DNA of 64,000 nt from Gemmatimonadota bacterium (GCA_034521595.1 JAXHMG010000003.1:2944001-3008000); one strand, 5' to 3'. Counted from the first letter of the stretch, positions 50,166 through 59,823 are shown. Numbers and translations: made by a program. Notes: generated from the sequence alone by a model not told the origin.

Positions 50166-51330
50166 CGCGGGACCCCTCACCTGCCGAAAGCCCGACTTCC
50201 GGCTCCGTCCGGGCGCACCGTACCTGAACTGCGCCTACATGGGACCGCTTCCCCGGGTCTCGGAAGAGGCGGGCGTCGGGGCGCTGGCTCGCAAGCGCCA
50301 CCCCACCGACATCACGCCCCCCGACGCCTTCTGGGAGAGCGATCGGGTCCGGGAGCGGTTCGCGGCATTGGTCGGCGTACACGACCCGATGCGCATCGCG
50401 ATCCACCCGGGCGTGTCCTACGGCGTGGCCACGGCCGCCCGGAACATCCCGGTCGAGCCCGGCCAGAACCTCGTGCTCACGCACGAGCAGTTTCCGGGCA
50501 ACGTCTATGCCTGGAGGCGGGTGGCGGCAGAGCGAGAGGCCGAGCTACGTGCGGTCGGGCCGGATGCGCCGGGCTCGCGCGGCGCCCGCTGGAACGAGCG
50601 GCTTCTGGAAGCCATCGACTCGGGCACGGCCGTCGTGGCCGTGCCCCACGTGCACTGGACGGATGGCACCCGCTTCGACCTGGAAGCGATCGGCCGGCGG
50701 TGCCGTGAAGTCGGCGCGGCGCTCGTCGTCGACGGCACGCAATCGGTGGGCGCGTTGCCCTTCGATGTCGCCGCGGTGCGACCCGACGCGCTCGTCTGCG
50801 CGGCGTACAAGTGGCTGCTGGGGCCGTACTCCGTCGCCTTCTCCTACTTCGGTCCCCGCTTCGACGACGGAACGCCGCTCGAGGAGACATGGATCGCCCG
50901 TGAGGACAGCCACGAGTTCCAACGCCTGGTGGAGTATCGTGACGGGTACGCGCCCGGGGCCGTTCGCTACGACGTGGCCGAGCGCTCGAACTTCTTTCTG
51001 CTCCCCATCGCCGAAGCCAGTCTGGATCTGCTGCACACGTGGAAGCCCGAGCGGATACAGGAGTACTGTTCGGCGCTCGTCACCCCGCTCGTCGACGAGG
51101 CCCGCGCGCTCGGGTTCGGCGTCGAGGAGCCGCGTTGGCGTGCGAGCCATCTGTTCGGATTGCGGATGCCTCCGGCCGTCGACCTCGGTGAGCTCCGGGA
51201 CCTGCTGGCCGCGCGGGACATCGCGGTGTCGCTTCGCGGCACCGCGCTCCGCGTCTCGCCGAACGTCTACAACGACGGGGGCGACGTGGAGGCGCTGTTG
51301 GAGGTGCTTCGGGAGGCGACGCGCGGCTGA
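50158..51330 (+). CDS. Class V PLP-dependent aminotransferase (cysteine desulfurase/isopenicillin epimerase-like)
   Basis: YLNCAYMGP, VDGTQSVG, AAYKWLLGP, LRVSPNVYN. Confidence 0.9.
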   Translation: MSDAGPLTCRKPDFRLRPGAPYLNCAYMGPLPRVSEEAGVGALARKRHPTDITPPDAFWESDRVRERFAALVGVHDPMRIAIHPGVSYGVATAARNIPVEPGQNLVLTHEQFPGNVYAWRRVAAEREAELRAVGPDAPGSRGARWNERLLEAIDSGTAVVAVPHVHWTDGTRFDLEAIGRRCREVGAALVVDGTQSVGALPFDVAAVRPDALVCAAYKWLLGPYSVAFSYFGPRFDDGTPLEETWIAREDSHEFQRLVEYRDGYAPGAVRYDVAERSNFFLLPIAEASLDLLHTWKPERIQEYCSALVTPLVDEARALGFGVEEPRWRASHLFGLRMPPAVDLGELRDLLAARDIAVSLRGTALRVSPNVYNDGGDVEALLEVLREATRG

Positions 51331-51386
51331 GGCGCTTTCTCGTGTTTGCGAGCGTGGCCATCCCGGCCAGCTCTACGCAAGAAGAA

Positions 51387-51971
51387 CTACCGCCCCACCC
51401 CCGAGCCGAACACGATCTCGGCCTGGTCCCCCTCACCGATGCCCCGCTCTTCGAACCAGCCCTGGCGCACTTCGAGCGCGAACATCGCGGGCGCGTTGCT
51501 CGGATAGGTCTCGGTCACCATGGGCTCCATCTGCACGATGTCGACGATCCTGTAGGACGGGTCCATGTAGGCGATATCGAGAGGTACGTAGGTGTTGGCC
51601 ATCCAGAAGGCCCGGACGTCGTTGTTCTGGAACACGAAGAGCATGCCGGTGCCGTCCGGAACTTCCTCCCGGTACATGAGGCCCTCCGAGCGTTCTTCCT
51701 CGGTGGCGGCGATCTCGGCCACGACCGTGTCGGCTCCGAAGATCACCCAGGCGCGTCCCGCGGGCGGCCGGCCACCGGCCGCGGGCGTGTCCGGGGCGGC
51801 ATCCGTCCCGGTGGTGGCTTCGGGCTCGTCCGTCGCCACCCGCGCGCCGTCGTTGACGGCGCCGTCGTCAGGCGCGGGACACCCCAGGATGAACGCCAGA
51901 AGCCCGATAACAAGCACCGAATGGTGCGATCGGCGCCTTCGCCCTCGTGTGGACCACTTGCTTTGGGTCAT
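51387..51971 (-). CDS. DUF192 family lipoprotein
   Basis: Lipobox ILG-C; GLMYR...GMLFVF..FWMANT..PLDI..ALEV. Confidence 0.88.
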   Translation of the reverse strand: MTQSKWSTRGRRRRSHHSVLVIGLLAFILGCPAPDDGAVNDGARVATDEPEATTGTDAAPDTPAAGGRPPAGRAWVIFGADTVVAEIAATEEERSEGLMYREEVPDGTGMLFVFQNNDVRAFWMANTYVPLDIAYMDPSYRIVDIVQMEPMVTETYPSNAPAMFALEVRQGWFEERGIGEGDQAEIVFGSGVGR

Positions 51972-52115
51972 GCTCACCCTCCCATTCGTGTACGGACGTG
52001 TGTAAGTTACGCCGCTTCGTGTCGGTTCCCAGGCCTTCGACTCGGGACCGTACGGTTGGACGAGGACGCGCCGCCGGACGGCTCGGGGTCGGAGATGGAG
52101 TTCGAGTACAGAACG

Positions 52116-52373
52116 ATGGTCGATCAGCAGCTCCTGGACATCCTCGTATGTCCCGAGACGAAGCAAGCCCTCCACATGGCGGACGCCGAGGTCCTCGAGC
52201 GTCTCAACGCGGCGATCCGTGAAGGGTCGGTAGCCGACCGCGGCGGCCGCAAGCTGGACGCGCCGGTGACCGAGGGGCTGATTCGCGAAGCCGGGGACGT
52301 GCTATATCCGATTCGGGACGACATCCCGATCATGCTCGTCGACCAAGCCATTCCACTACCTCAGAAGCCATGA
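52116..52373 (+). CDS. Trm112-like (UPF0434/YcaR) protein
   Basis: LLDILVCPETK...YPIRDDIPIML. Confidence 0.88.
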   Translation: MVDQQLLDILVCPETKQALHMADAEVLERLNAAIREGSVADRGGRKLDAPVTEGLIREAGDVLYPIRDDIPIMLVDQAIPLPQKP

Positions 52374-53011
52374 TGGGACGATTTCGCACCTTCCGCCTTT
52401 CGGCGCTCGCGGCCATGACAGGCGCCTTCGCCGCATGCGACGCCACGCCGCCGCCGGTGGGCATGGAACGGGGTGAGGAGCTCTACGAAACCTGCGTGCC
52501 GTGTCACGGAGAGATGGGTGACGGCAACGTCGACATCGCGGCTCCGACCATTGCCGGGCTCCCACAGTGGTACATCGAACAGCAACTCCTGAGCTTCCAG
52601 GAAGGCTGGCGCGGGGATCACCACGAGGATCTTCCCGGCCTCCGGATGCGGCCCATGGCGGTGTCCCTCACCCGGGACGGTGACATCGAGTCGGTCGCGG
52701 AGTACGTGGCGTCGCTGCCGGCGAACTACCCCGAGAGCACGCTCGACGGGAACGCCGGAGCGGGAGCCGAGCGGTACGAAGTGTGCGTAGCCTGTCACGG
52801 CGACGACGGCCGGGGCGATCAGTCGGTGATGTCGCCGCCCATCGTTCAGATGCACGACTGGTACATGCTGAATCAGATGCGCAACTTCAAGTCGGGCGCG
52901 CGCGGGGCCCACCCCGACGATACGTGGGGACAGACCATGCGCGTGAACACCGTGGCGCTCACGGAACAGGCGATGCGGGACGTGATCGCCTATGTGCAGA
53001 CGCTCAGGTAG
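52370..53011 (+). CDS. Diheme cytochrome c (c4-like) lipoprotein
   Basis: FAA-C lipobox, CVPCH and CVACH, duplicated class I domains with Met ligands. Confidence 0.9.
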   Translation: MMGRFRTFRLSALAAMTGAFAACDATPPPVGMERGEELYETCVPCHGEMGDGNVDIAAPTIAGLPQWYIEQQLLSFQEGWRGDHHEDLPGLRMRPMAVSLTRDGDIESVAEYVASLPANYPESTLDGNAGAGAERYEVCVACHGDDGRGDQSVMSPPIVQMHDWYMLNQMRNFKSGARGAHPDDTWGQTMRVNTVALTEQAMRDVIAYVQTLR

Positions 53012-53022
53012 CCGGAGACCCC

Positions 53023-53202
53023 ATGACCGACCATTCCATGCCCGAGACGGCTCCCAAGCTCACTCCCGAAGAGGAGGCGGCGTTCGCGCCGCCTTCGGAT
53101 GACGACAACCCGGCGATCGTGGACGCGAAGAAGGCGTTCGTGATCACGATCTGGAGCAGCCTGCTCTTCGTCGGGGTCGTCGTGGTGTTCGTCCTCCTGT
53201 GA
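53023..53202 (+). CDS. Small membrane protein (59 aa) in the oxidase operon
   Basis: GGAG RBS; acidic N-terminus plus one C-terminal TM helix. Confidence 0.7.
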   Translation: MTDHSMPETAPKLTPEEEAAFAPPSDDDNPAIVDAKKAFVITIWSSLLFVGVVVVFVLL

Positions 53203-53223
53203 TCCCGACACCCGCCTAGCAGA

Positions 53224-53901
53224 ATGATCGAGCGTTTCGTAGTACAGGCTTCGACCTACGCCAGCAGCATCGACGGCATCATCATGCTCGTCTTCGTGCT
53301 CGTCGGCTTCTGGTTCCTGGTCGCGGAGGGGGTCTTCTTCTGGCTCATCTGGAAGTTTCGGGAGCGTCCGGGGCAGAAGTCCCAGTACCTGACCGGTAAG
53401 GAGAAGCACGTAAAGCGATGGGTGACGATCCCCCACGCGCTCGTCCTCGTCTGCGACGTCTTCATCATCATCGGATCGGTCCGGGTGTGGTACGACGTGA
53501 AGCAGCAACTCCCGGAAGCGGACTCGACCGTCCGCGTCATCGGCCAGCAATGGGCGTGGACCTTCCAACACCCGGGTCCGGACAACACGCTCGACACGAG
53601 CGACGACATCTTCACCGTCGGGGATCTGCACGTCGAGGTCGACAAGACGTACCACTTCCGGCTCGAGTCACGGGACGTGGTGCACTCGTTCTCCGTGCCC
53701 GTGTTCCGGCTCAAGCAGGACGCGGTGCCCGGACGTGCCATCACGGGTTGGTTCCGACCCACGGAGACCGGCGAGTACGACGTCCAGTGCGCGGAGATCT
53801 GCGGCATCGGCCACGGGGTGATGGCCGCGCGCATCCACATCCAAGACGAGAATCAACACGCCGAGTGGGTCGCGGAGAACTCCACCTCCGCGGAACAGTA
53901 G
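53224..53901 (+). CDS. coxB: Heme-copper oxidase subunit II (CuA)
   Basis: Two TMs, GQQWAW, DVVHSF, CAEICGIGHGVM. Confidence 0.95.
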   Translation: MIERFVVQASTYASSIDGIIMLVFVLVGFWFLVAEGVFFWLIWKFRERPGQKSQYLTGKEKHVKRWVTIPHALVLVCDVFIIIGSVRVWYDVKQQLPEADSTVRVIGQQWAWTFQHPGPDNTLDTSDDIFTVGDLHVEVDKTYHFRLESRDVVHSFSVPVFRLKQDAVPGRAITGWFRPTETGEYDVQCAEICGIGHGVMAARIHIQDENQHAEWVAENSTSAEQ

Positions 53902-53915
53902 GCTAGGGGAAGCAG

Positions 53916-55631
53916 ATGGCTGACACCGCTGTCACGATCGAACAGGAACAGCACGAAGCCGGGGAGCACCACGGGCCCAGCGGCATCCTGAAGTACATCT
54001 GGTCCACGGACCACAAGATCATCGGGATGCAGTACATGTTCACGGGCATGTTCATGGCCGTGATCGGCGGCTTCATGGCGTACGTGTTCCGCATGCAGCT
54101 CGCCTTTCCCGGCATCGAGGTGCCGGGCTTCGGGCAGGTCTCACCCGGCGAGTACAACGCGCTGATCACGAACCACGGCTCGATCATGATCTTCTGGGTG
54201 GCGATGCCCGTGCTCATCGCCGCCTTCGGGAATTTCTTGATTCCGCTCATGATCGGCGCGGACGACATGGTGTTCCCGCGCATCAACCGCCTGTCGTATC
54301 AGATCTTCCTGTTGAGCGCGCTGATCTTGCTCGCCTCTCTGTTCGTGGAGGGCGGCGGCTTTGGCGGCGCGTGGACGGCGTACCCGCCGCTCTCGGCGTC
54401 GGGCGACTTCAATCAGACCAACATCGGGGCCACGATGTGGCTCATCGCGGTGGCGTTGGAGTTCGTCGCCTTCCTCCTCGGCGGCATCAACTTCATCGTC
54501 ACACTGATGAACTCGCGAGCGCCCGGGATGAAGGCTTACGACATCCCGCTCACGGCGTGGATGATCGTCGTCGCCAGCGTGCTCTTCATGCTCTCGGTCG
54601 GTCCCCTCATGGCCGGCGCGGTCATGCTCCTGTTCGACCAGACCATCGGCACCGGCTTCTTCGATCCCGCACGGGGCGGGGATCCGATTCTCTGGCAGCA
54701 CCTCTTCTGGTTCTTCGGGCACCCCGAGGTCTACGTGGTGCTCCTGCCGGCCATCGGCTTCGTGATCGACATCACCGCGACCTTCGCCCGGAAGAAGGTC
54801 TTCGGCTACAAGATCATGCTGTACACCGCGGTCGCGACGGCCGTGCTGAGCTTCTTCGTCTGGGCCCACCACCAGTTCGTGGCGGGCATCGACCCCCGCA
54901 TGGGGAACGTCTTCACCATCACGACCCTACTCATCTCCGTGCCCGTCGCGGAGCTGTTGTTCGTGATGATCGCGACACTCTACGGAGGCTCGATCAGGCT
55001 CACGGTGCCCATGCTCTGGGCGCTCGGCTTCATCGCCACGTTCCTCCTGGGCGGCGTGACCGGAATCTTCCTGGGCGCGAGTAGCGCGGACATCTACTTC
55101 CACGACACCTACTTCGTGTTGGCGCACTTCCACTACACGTTCTTCCCGATCGCCATCATCGGGACGTTCGCGGCGTTCACGTACTGGTTCCCGAAGATGT
55201 TCGGGAAGATGCTCGACGAGCGGATCGGCAAGATCCATTTCTGGGGCACCATCATCCCCTTCAACTTCATCTTCATCCCGCTCTTCATGTTGGGCGGGAT
55301 CGGCCAGCATCGCCGCATCTACAACTACCAGCACTTCCCCGACCTGGCCGAGCCGTACATGTACGCGCTTCGCCAGATCGCGACGATCTCGCTGGTGATC
55401 ATGCTCCTCTTCCAGGCATTCTTCTTCTACAACGTGATCAAGTCCTGGATCTCGGGTGAGAAGGCCGGAAAGAATCCGTGGAAGGCGAACACGCTCGAGT
55501 GGACGGCTCCCTCTCCGCCGCCGCACGGCAACTGGCCGCCGGAAGCGCTGCCCAAGGTCTACCGGGGCCCGTACGAGTACGGCCATCCGGATCGCGAAGA
55601 AGACTACTGGCCCCAGAACGAACCAGCCTGA
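53916..55631 (+). CDS. coxA: Heme-copper oxidase subunit I, A-family but lacking K-channel residues
   Basis: STDHK, NHG, WFFGHPEVY, WAHH, HDTYFVLAHFHY, HRRIY. Confidence 0.95.
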   Translation: MADTAVTIEQEQHEAGEHHGPSGILKYIWSTDHKIIGMQYMFTGMFMAVIGGFMAYVFRMQLAFPGIEVPGFGQVSPGEYNALITNHGSIMIFWVAMPVLIAAFGNFLIPLMIGADDMVFPRINRLSYQIFLLSALILLASLFVEGGGFGGAWTAYPPLSASGDFNQTNIGATMWLIAVALEFVAFLLGGINFIVTLMNSRAPGMKAYDIPLTAWMIVVASVLFMLSVGPLMAGAVMLLFDQTIGTGFFDPARGGDPILWQHLFWFFGHPEVYVVLLPAIGFVIDITATFARKKVFGYKIMLYTAVATAVLSFFVWAHHQFVAGIDPRMGNVFTITTLLISVPVAELLFVMIATLYGGSIRLTVPMLWALGFIATFLLGGVTGIFLGASSADIYFHDTYFVLAHFHYTFFPIAIIGTFAAFTYWFPKMFGKMLDERIGKIHFWGTIIPFNFIFIPLFMLGGIGQHRRIYNYQHFPDLAEPYMYALRQIATISLVIMLLFQAFFFYNVIKSWISGEKAGKNPWKANTLEWTAPSPPPHGNWPPEALPKVYRGPYEYGHPDREEDYWPQNEPA

Positions 55632-56209
55632 TGTCACACGCCAAGCCTATCGCCACGCTTCGTTCCGCCACGGGCATCCCCACCGGGCGCCTTGCGGTCT
55701 GGTGGGTCCTCGCCTCCGAAGTCGTTATCTTCGGAGGGCTCCTCGGAGCCTACCTGATGCACCGACTCGGGCATCCGGAGTGGGCGGACGCCGCTTCCCA
55801 CACCAACACCATGATTGGCACGATCAACACCTTCGTGCTGCTCACGTCCAGCTTCACCGCGGTCCTCGCGCACCAAGCCGCAGAGCGCGGCGACGGGAAG
55901 AAGGCTGCGAAGTTCCTGCTCCTCACCATCGGCGGCGCGCTCACTTTCGTGGCTGTAAAGAGCTACGAGTGGTGGTACGAGATCAGCAACGGGTACACGA
56001 TCACCGCCAACACCTTCTGGTCGTTCTACTACACGGTGGCGGGCCTGCACGCGCTGCACGTCATCGCCGGCGCTATCATCATGGGCGTGGTGGCGTTGGA
56101 TGCGTTTCGCGGCCGTGAGCTCCAGAGGGTCGAGCTCATCGGTATCTACTGGCACTTCGTCGACGTGGTCTGGATCTTCCTGTTCCCATTGCTCTACATC
56201 GCGAAGTAG
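55631..56209 (+). CDS. coxC: Heme-copper oxidase subunit III
   Basis: LASEVVIFG, NT.VLLTSS, GLHALHV, YWHFVDVVW. Confidence 0.93.
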   Translation: MSHAKPIATLRSATGIPTGRLAVWWVLASEVVIFGGLLGAYLMHRLGHPEWADAASHTNTMIGTINTFVLLTSSFTAVLAHQAAERGDGKKAAKFLLLTIGGALTFVAVKSYEWWYEISNGYTITANTFWSFYYTVAGLHALHVIAGAIIMGVVALDAFRGRELQRVELIGIYWHFVDVVWIFLFPLLYIAK

Positions 56210-56230
56210 ACCGAGGGTCGAGAGAGATAG

Positions 56231-56899
56231 ATGTCCGAACATCACGATGTGAACTACAAGAAGATCTACTTCACGCTGCTCGGCTTGCTGGTCGTGAGCG
56301 TGATCGGCCCGGAGTTCGGAATTCTCTGGGTCACCCTCGTGACGGCGTTCGGCGTGGCGATCGTCAAGGCGTACCTCGTCATCGAAAACTTCATGCATCT
56401 TCGGTGGGAGAAGAAGCTCATGAAGTGGATGCTGACGTCGTCCCTGGCGGTCATGGCCCTCATGTTCGTTGGCATCTCGCCCGACGTGATGAAGCACGAA
56501 GGGCGGAATTGGGTGAACGAGGCCGCGATCGCGGCGGTGGACAGGGGCATCGGAGGCGCGGCCGAAGAGGAGCCGACGGCCGTCGCCGAGGCCGAAGCCG
56601 AGCCCGGAGAGTTCAGCGCCGCTTCGACGTTCAACCAGGCGTGCGCCGCGTGCCACGGACAGGCAGGCGACGGGAACGGACCGGCGGGCGCCTCGCTCGA
56701 TCCCGCTCCCGCCGACTTCACGGATCCCGAGTTCTGGGCGGCGGAGGACCGCGACGAGGAGCGCATCCTCACGGTCATCCGTGACGGAGCCGCAGCCGTA
56801 GGGGGCTCGCCGCTCATGGTGGCATGGGGCAACAGCTACAACGAAGAGCAACTCCAGGCCCTCACCGACTACGTGATGGAGTTCCAGCCGGAGCAGTGA
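56231..56899 (+). CDS. Oxidase subunit IV fused to a C-terminal cytochrome c
   Basis: AIVKA....FMHL.WE subunit IV motif; CAACH...GDG.GP..LDPAPADF..M. Confidence 0.85.
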   Translation: MSEHHDVNYKKIYFTLLGLLVVSVIGPEFGILWVTLVTAFGVAIVKAYLVIENFMHLRWEKKLMKWMLTSSLAVMALMFVGISPDVMKHEGRNWVNEAAIAAVDRGIGGAAEEEPTAVAEAEAEPGEFSAASTFNQACAACHGQAGDGNGPAGASLDPAPADFTDPEFWAAEDRDEERILTVIRDGAAAVGGSPLMVAWGNSYNEEQLQALTDYVMEFQPEQ

Positions 56900-56952
56900 G
56901 TTCGGACCGGTCGGGGTCACGCGCCCCGCCACCGGTCCCACGAGGAGAGAAG

Positions 56953-57555
56953 ATGTCCGCACAGAGCGCCACCGCCGAATTCGATCGACGTCCGGAGCCG
57001 GTTCGAAGGGAGAAGGCCGTTTCCAACGGCGTGCTCGGGATGATCATGTTCATCTTCACCGAGGTCATGTTCTTCTCCGGGCTCATCTCGGCGCACACGA
57101 TCGTGCGCTCCCAGTCGGCCGGACAGATGTGGCCACCGTTCGGTCAGCCGCGGCTCCCGGTCGAGGAGACGGCCGTGAATACGGCCGCGCTCATGGCGAG
57201 CGGCCTCGTGCTCGTGCTTACCTGGCTCGCGTTCCGGCGGGACCCACAGCGGGCGCGCATACCGCTCCTCCTCGCGATCGGTCTGGGTGCCTTTTTCGTG
57301 CTCTTTCAGGGAGCCGAGTGGGTCGCGTTGCTCGGTGAAGGGCTCACCATAAGGTCGAGCACGTACGGCGCCTTTTTCTACCTGATCGTCGGGGCGCACG
57401 GCCTGCACGCGGTGGGGGCGCTCCTCGCCCTGGGCTGGACGTGGACGAGGCTCGACCGCGGCCGGCTTACCGCCGAGCAACTCGCCACCGTGTCCGCGTT
57501 CTGGTATTTTGTAGTACTGGTGTGGCCCGTGTTGTACTGGAGAGTATATCTATGA
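56953..57555 (+). CDS. Second subunit III-like protein (CoxC/NorE-like)
   Basis: FIFTEVMFF, NTAAL.ASG, GAHGLH, FWYFV; GAGGAG RBS. Confidence 0.85.
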   Translation: MSAQSATAEFDRRPEPVRREKAVSNGVLGMIMFIFTEVMFFSGLISAHTIVRSQSAGQMWPPFGQPRLPVEETAVNTAALMASGLVLVLTWLAFRRDPQRARIPLLLAIGLGAFFVLFQGAEWVALLGEGLTIRSSTYGAFFYLIVGAHGLHAVGALLALGWTWTRLDRGRLTAEQLATVSAFWYFVVLVWPVLYWRVYL

Positions 57556-57797
57556 GCAAGCTGACACCGATCTTCGCGCTCGCGCTCCTGCTTCTGGCGA
57601 TCTGGCCGGACGTGGCGCAGGCCTGTGCGGTCTGCTTCGACGCCACGGATGAAAACCGTCAGGCCTTCCTGGGCACGACGATCTTCCTGTCGCTCTTCCC
57701 GCTCGGCATGGTGGCGGGCGCCGGGCTCTGGGTGCGGAAGCGGTCGCAGGAGCTTAACGGGGAGGACGGGACCGTCTTCCGCGAGGACGCGGAGTAG
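57552..57797 (+). CDS. Small exported CxxC membrane protein (81 aa)
   Basis: Signal peptide ending AQA followed by CAVCF, one TM; ATGA overlap with the upstream gene. Confidence 0.75.
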   Translation: MSKLTPIFALALLLLAIWPDVAQACAVCFDATDENRQAFLGTTIFLSLFPLGMVAGAGLWVRKRSQELNGEDGTVFREDAE

Positions 57798-57818
57798 GGC
57801 GCACGTTCGGGACGGGAC

Positions 57819-57912
57819 TGGCGCGGAGCGCTCGCCGCCGCGCTGGGGTCGCCTGCCCACCCGCGCCACGCTCTCCGTGACCAACGGCGCTCCGGGCGAG
57901 CGCTCCGCGCCA
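57819..57912. repeat. 18-bp perfect inverted repeat with 58-nt spacer
   Basis: TGGCGCGGAGCGCTCGCC (57819-57836) / GGCGAGCGCTCCGCGCCA (57895-57912). Confidence 0.75.
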
Positions 57913-57974
57913 CCTCACGCTCTGCGGGGTCGCTGCTCGAGGCGCCTGGGCCTACCTCCATGACGTCGACCGGA

Positions 57975-58400
57975 ACGAACCCAGACCGGGACGTGCTAGT
58001 CGTTGTTCAGGGCCGGTGAGAAGACGACGATCGGACCTCCAGCGCCGCCGCGTCCATCTGTGGGTGGCCGGAAGTGTGGGCGATCCTCTTGTCGCACGGG
58101 TCCGCGTGTCCCGTGAACCACGACGACGACGCCTCCGATCCCCGCGTCACGAAGATTCGGTGGATAGTGCTCGCCGATCAGGCGCGAGAGCTCCGACCGG
58201 TTGCGGATCTTGGGCGCCACGGTGAACGGGCTGAACGTGGGACGTCGTTCCGCGCCTTGCCGTCACCCCTGGAGCCCGAGCGTTCGGTGGGCGGCGGTGG
58301 AAGCTCGTCCACGGGATAATCCGCGACCGAGGCGATGATGCCTCCCCATAGAACCGTCGCGTACGTGGCCTTGACCCGAGCTTGCGCGATGGGCTCGTTG
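57975..58400 (-). pseudogene. tonB: Decayed energy transducer TonB gene
   Basis: Fragments across different frames: ARVKATYATVLWGGII / PVDELPPPP / PTFSPFTVAPKIRN..YPPNLRDAGIGGV / SGHPQMDAAALEV / FSPALNND*HVPVWV. Confidence 0.75.
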
Positions 58401-58530
58401 AGGCGCTGCCACTGCCGGGCGAGGCGCCCGCTGCAGTGCGGAGCGGTAACGGAACGGGACGCCCCAAGGGAGCGAAGGGCAGCTGCGCCACCCACTCACC
58501 CGCCCCCACCCCAAAAGCCCACGCCCGCGC

Positions 58531-59823
58531 TCAGCCCGCCCGCTTCCGCTTGTTCCGCAGAAAATCCATCATGATGTGCTGCCCCAACGTCATCGTGCTG
58601 GTGAAGTACGCCTTCCCGCGCGCGATCTCCGAGACTTTCTGGACGAACTGCACCAGGTAGGGGTCCTGGGCCAGCATGAACGTGTTGATGAGGATGTCGG
58701 CCTTTCGGCATGCCCCGACTTCCTGGAAGGTGCGATTCAGGATGTGCGGGTCGAGTCCTCCCGAGTTCGTGTAGACTCGTCCGTCGGGCATCGTCATCGC
58801 GCTCGGCTTCCCGTCGGTGATCATGATGATCTGGCGCATGTCCTTCTTCTGCGCCATCAGGAGCCGCCGCGCCACTTCCAGCCCTTCCGCCGTGTTCGTG
58901 TGGTACGGACCGACCTGGGCCTTCGCGAGGTGCGAGAGCGGGATCTCTTCGGCTCGGTCTCCGAAGGTGACCACCTGGAGGGAGTCGCCCGGAAACTGGG
59001 TCCGGATCATGTGCGACATCGCGAGCGCGACCTTCTTGGCCGGCGCGAACCGATCCTCTCCGTACAGGACCATCGAGTGCGAGATGTCGAGCATCAGCAC
59101 CGTGGCGCAGGACGACCGGTACTCGGCCTGGTGCACCATGAGATCCCCGTAGTCGAGGTCGAGCGGCACCTCGAGGCCTTCGCGCGCGATCGCGTTCTTG
59201 AGCGTGGCGGGGATGTCGAGGTTCATGGTGTCGCCGAACTCGTAGGGACGGGACGCCGCCTCGGCCTCGATTCCCGTCGACAGGTGCGGCGTGTCGTGCT
59301 GGCCCGCGCTCGACTTCCCGATCGCCGACATCAGCTCTTTGAGGGAGCTGTGGCCCAGGAAGTCCATGCCCTTGCGGGTCAGGTTGAACTGGACGTTCTG
59401 CGCGGCCTCCTTGGCCTCGTCGATCTGGCCCTGGCCCGTGACATCGTACGTTTGACCGGGCATTTGGGGATTGCCCGTCTCCAGGTCGATGTAGCCTTCC
59501 TCGACCATCCGCTCCACGAGCTGGTCCAGAAGGTCGGCGATCTCCTTCTGGACGTCGGCGTCACCCTCGCCCTCTCCCCGGAGCTCGTCGATCATCTCAT
59601 CGGTGAGCTGCCCGCTCTCCATCAGGGCCTTCAGGAGCGCGTCCTTCAGAGAGTCGGTGGAGCTGGTGTCCTCCGTGCCCGACCAGCCCCAGAAGGGATG
59701 GAAGTGGGGCCCCCCGGCGAAGCCTCCGTCCATGAGGAAATCGGAGAGATGCTCGAGGAGCGACTCGAGGTTCAGGGCGTCGAGCCAGCGGCCCTTGTAC
59801 TTGGAGTACGTCGTGAAGCGCAT
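58531..59823 (-). CDS. VWA domain-containing protein
   Basis: LDISHS MIDAS, YHTNT, ITDGKP; RPYEFGD. Confidence 0.92.
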   Translation of the reverse strand: MRFTTYSKYKGRWLDALNLESLLEHLSDFLMDGGFAGGPHFHPFWGWSGTEDTSSTDSLKDALLKALMESGQLTDEMIDELRGEGEGDADVQKEIADLLDQLVERMVEEGYIDLETGNPQMPGQTYDVTGQGQIDEAKEAAQNVQFNLTRKGMDFLGHSSLKELMSAIGKSSAGQHDTPHLSTGIEAEAASRPYEFGDTMNLDIPATLKNAIAREGLEVPLDLDYGDLMVHQAEYRSSCATVLMLDISHSMVLYGEDRFAPAKKVALAMSHMIRTQFPGDSLQVVTFGDRAEEIPLSHLAKAQVGPYHTNTAEGLEVARRLLMAQKKDMRQIIMITDGKPSAMTMPDGRVYTNSGGLDPHILNRTFQEVGACRKADILINTFMLAQDPYLVQFVQKVSEIARGKAYFTSTMTLGQHIMMDFLRNKRKRAG

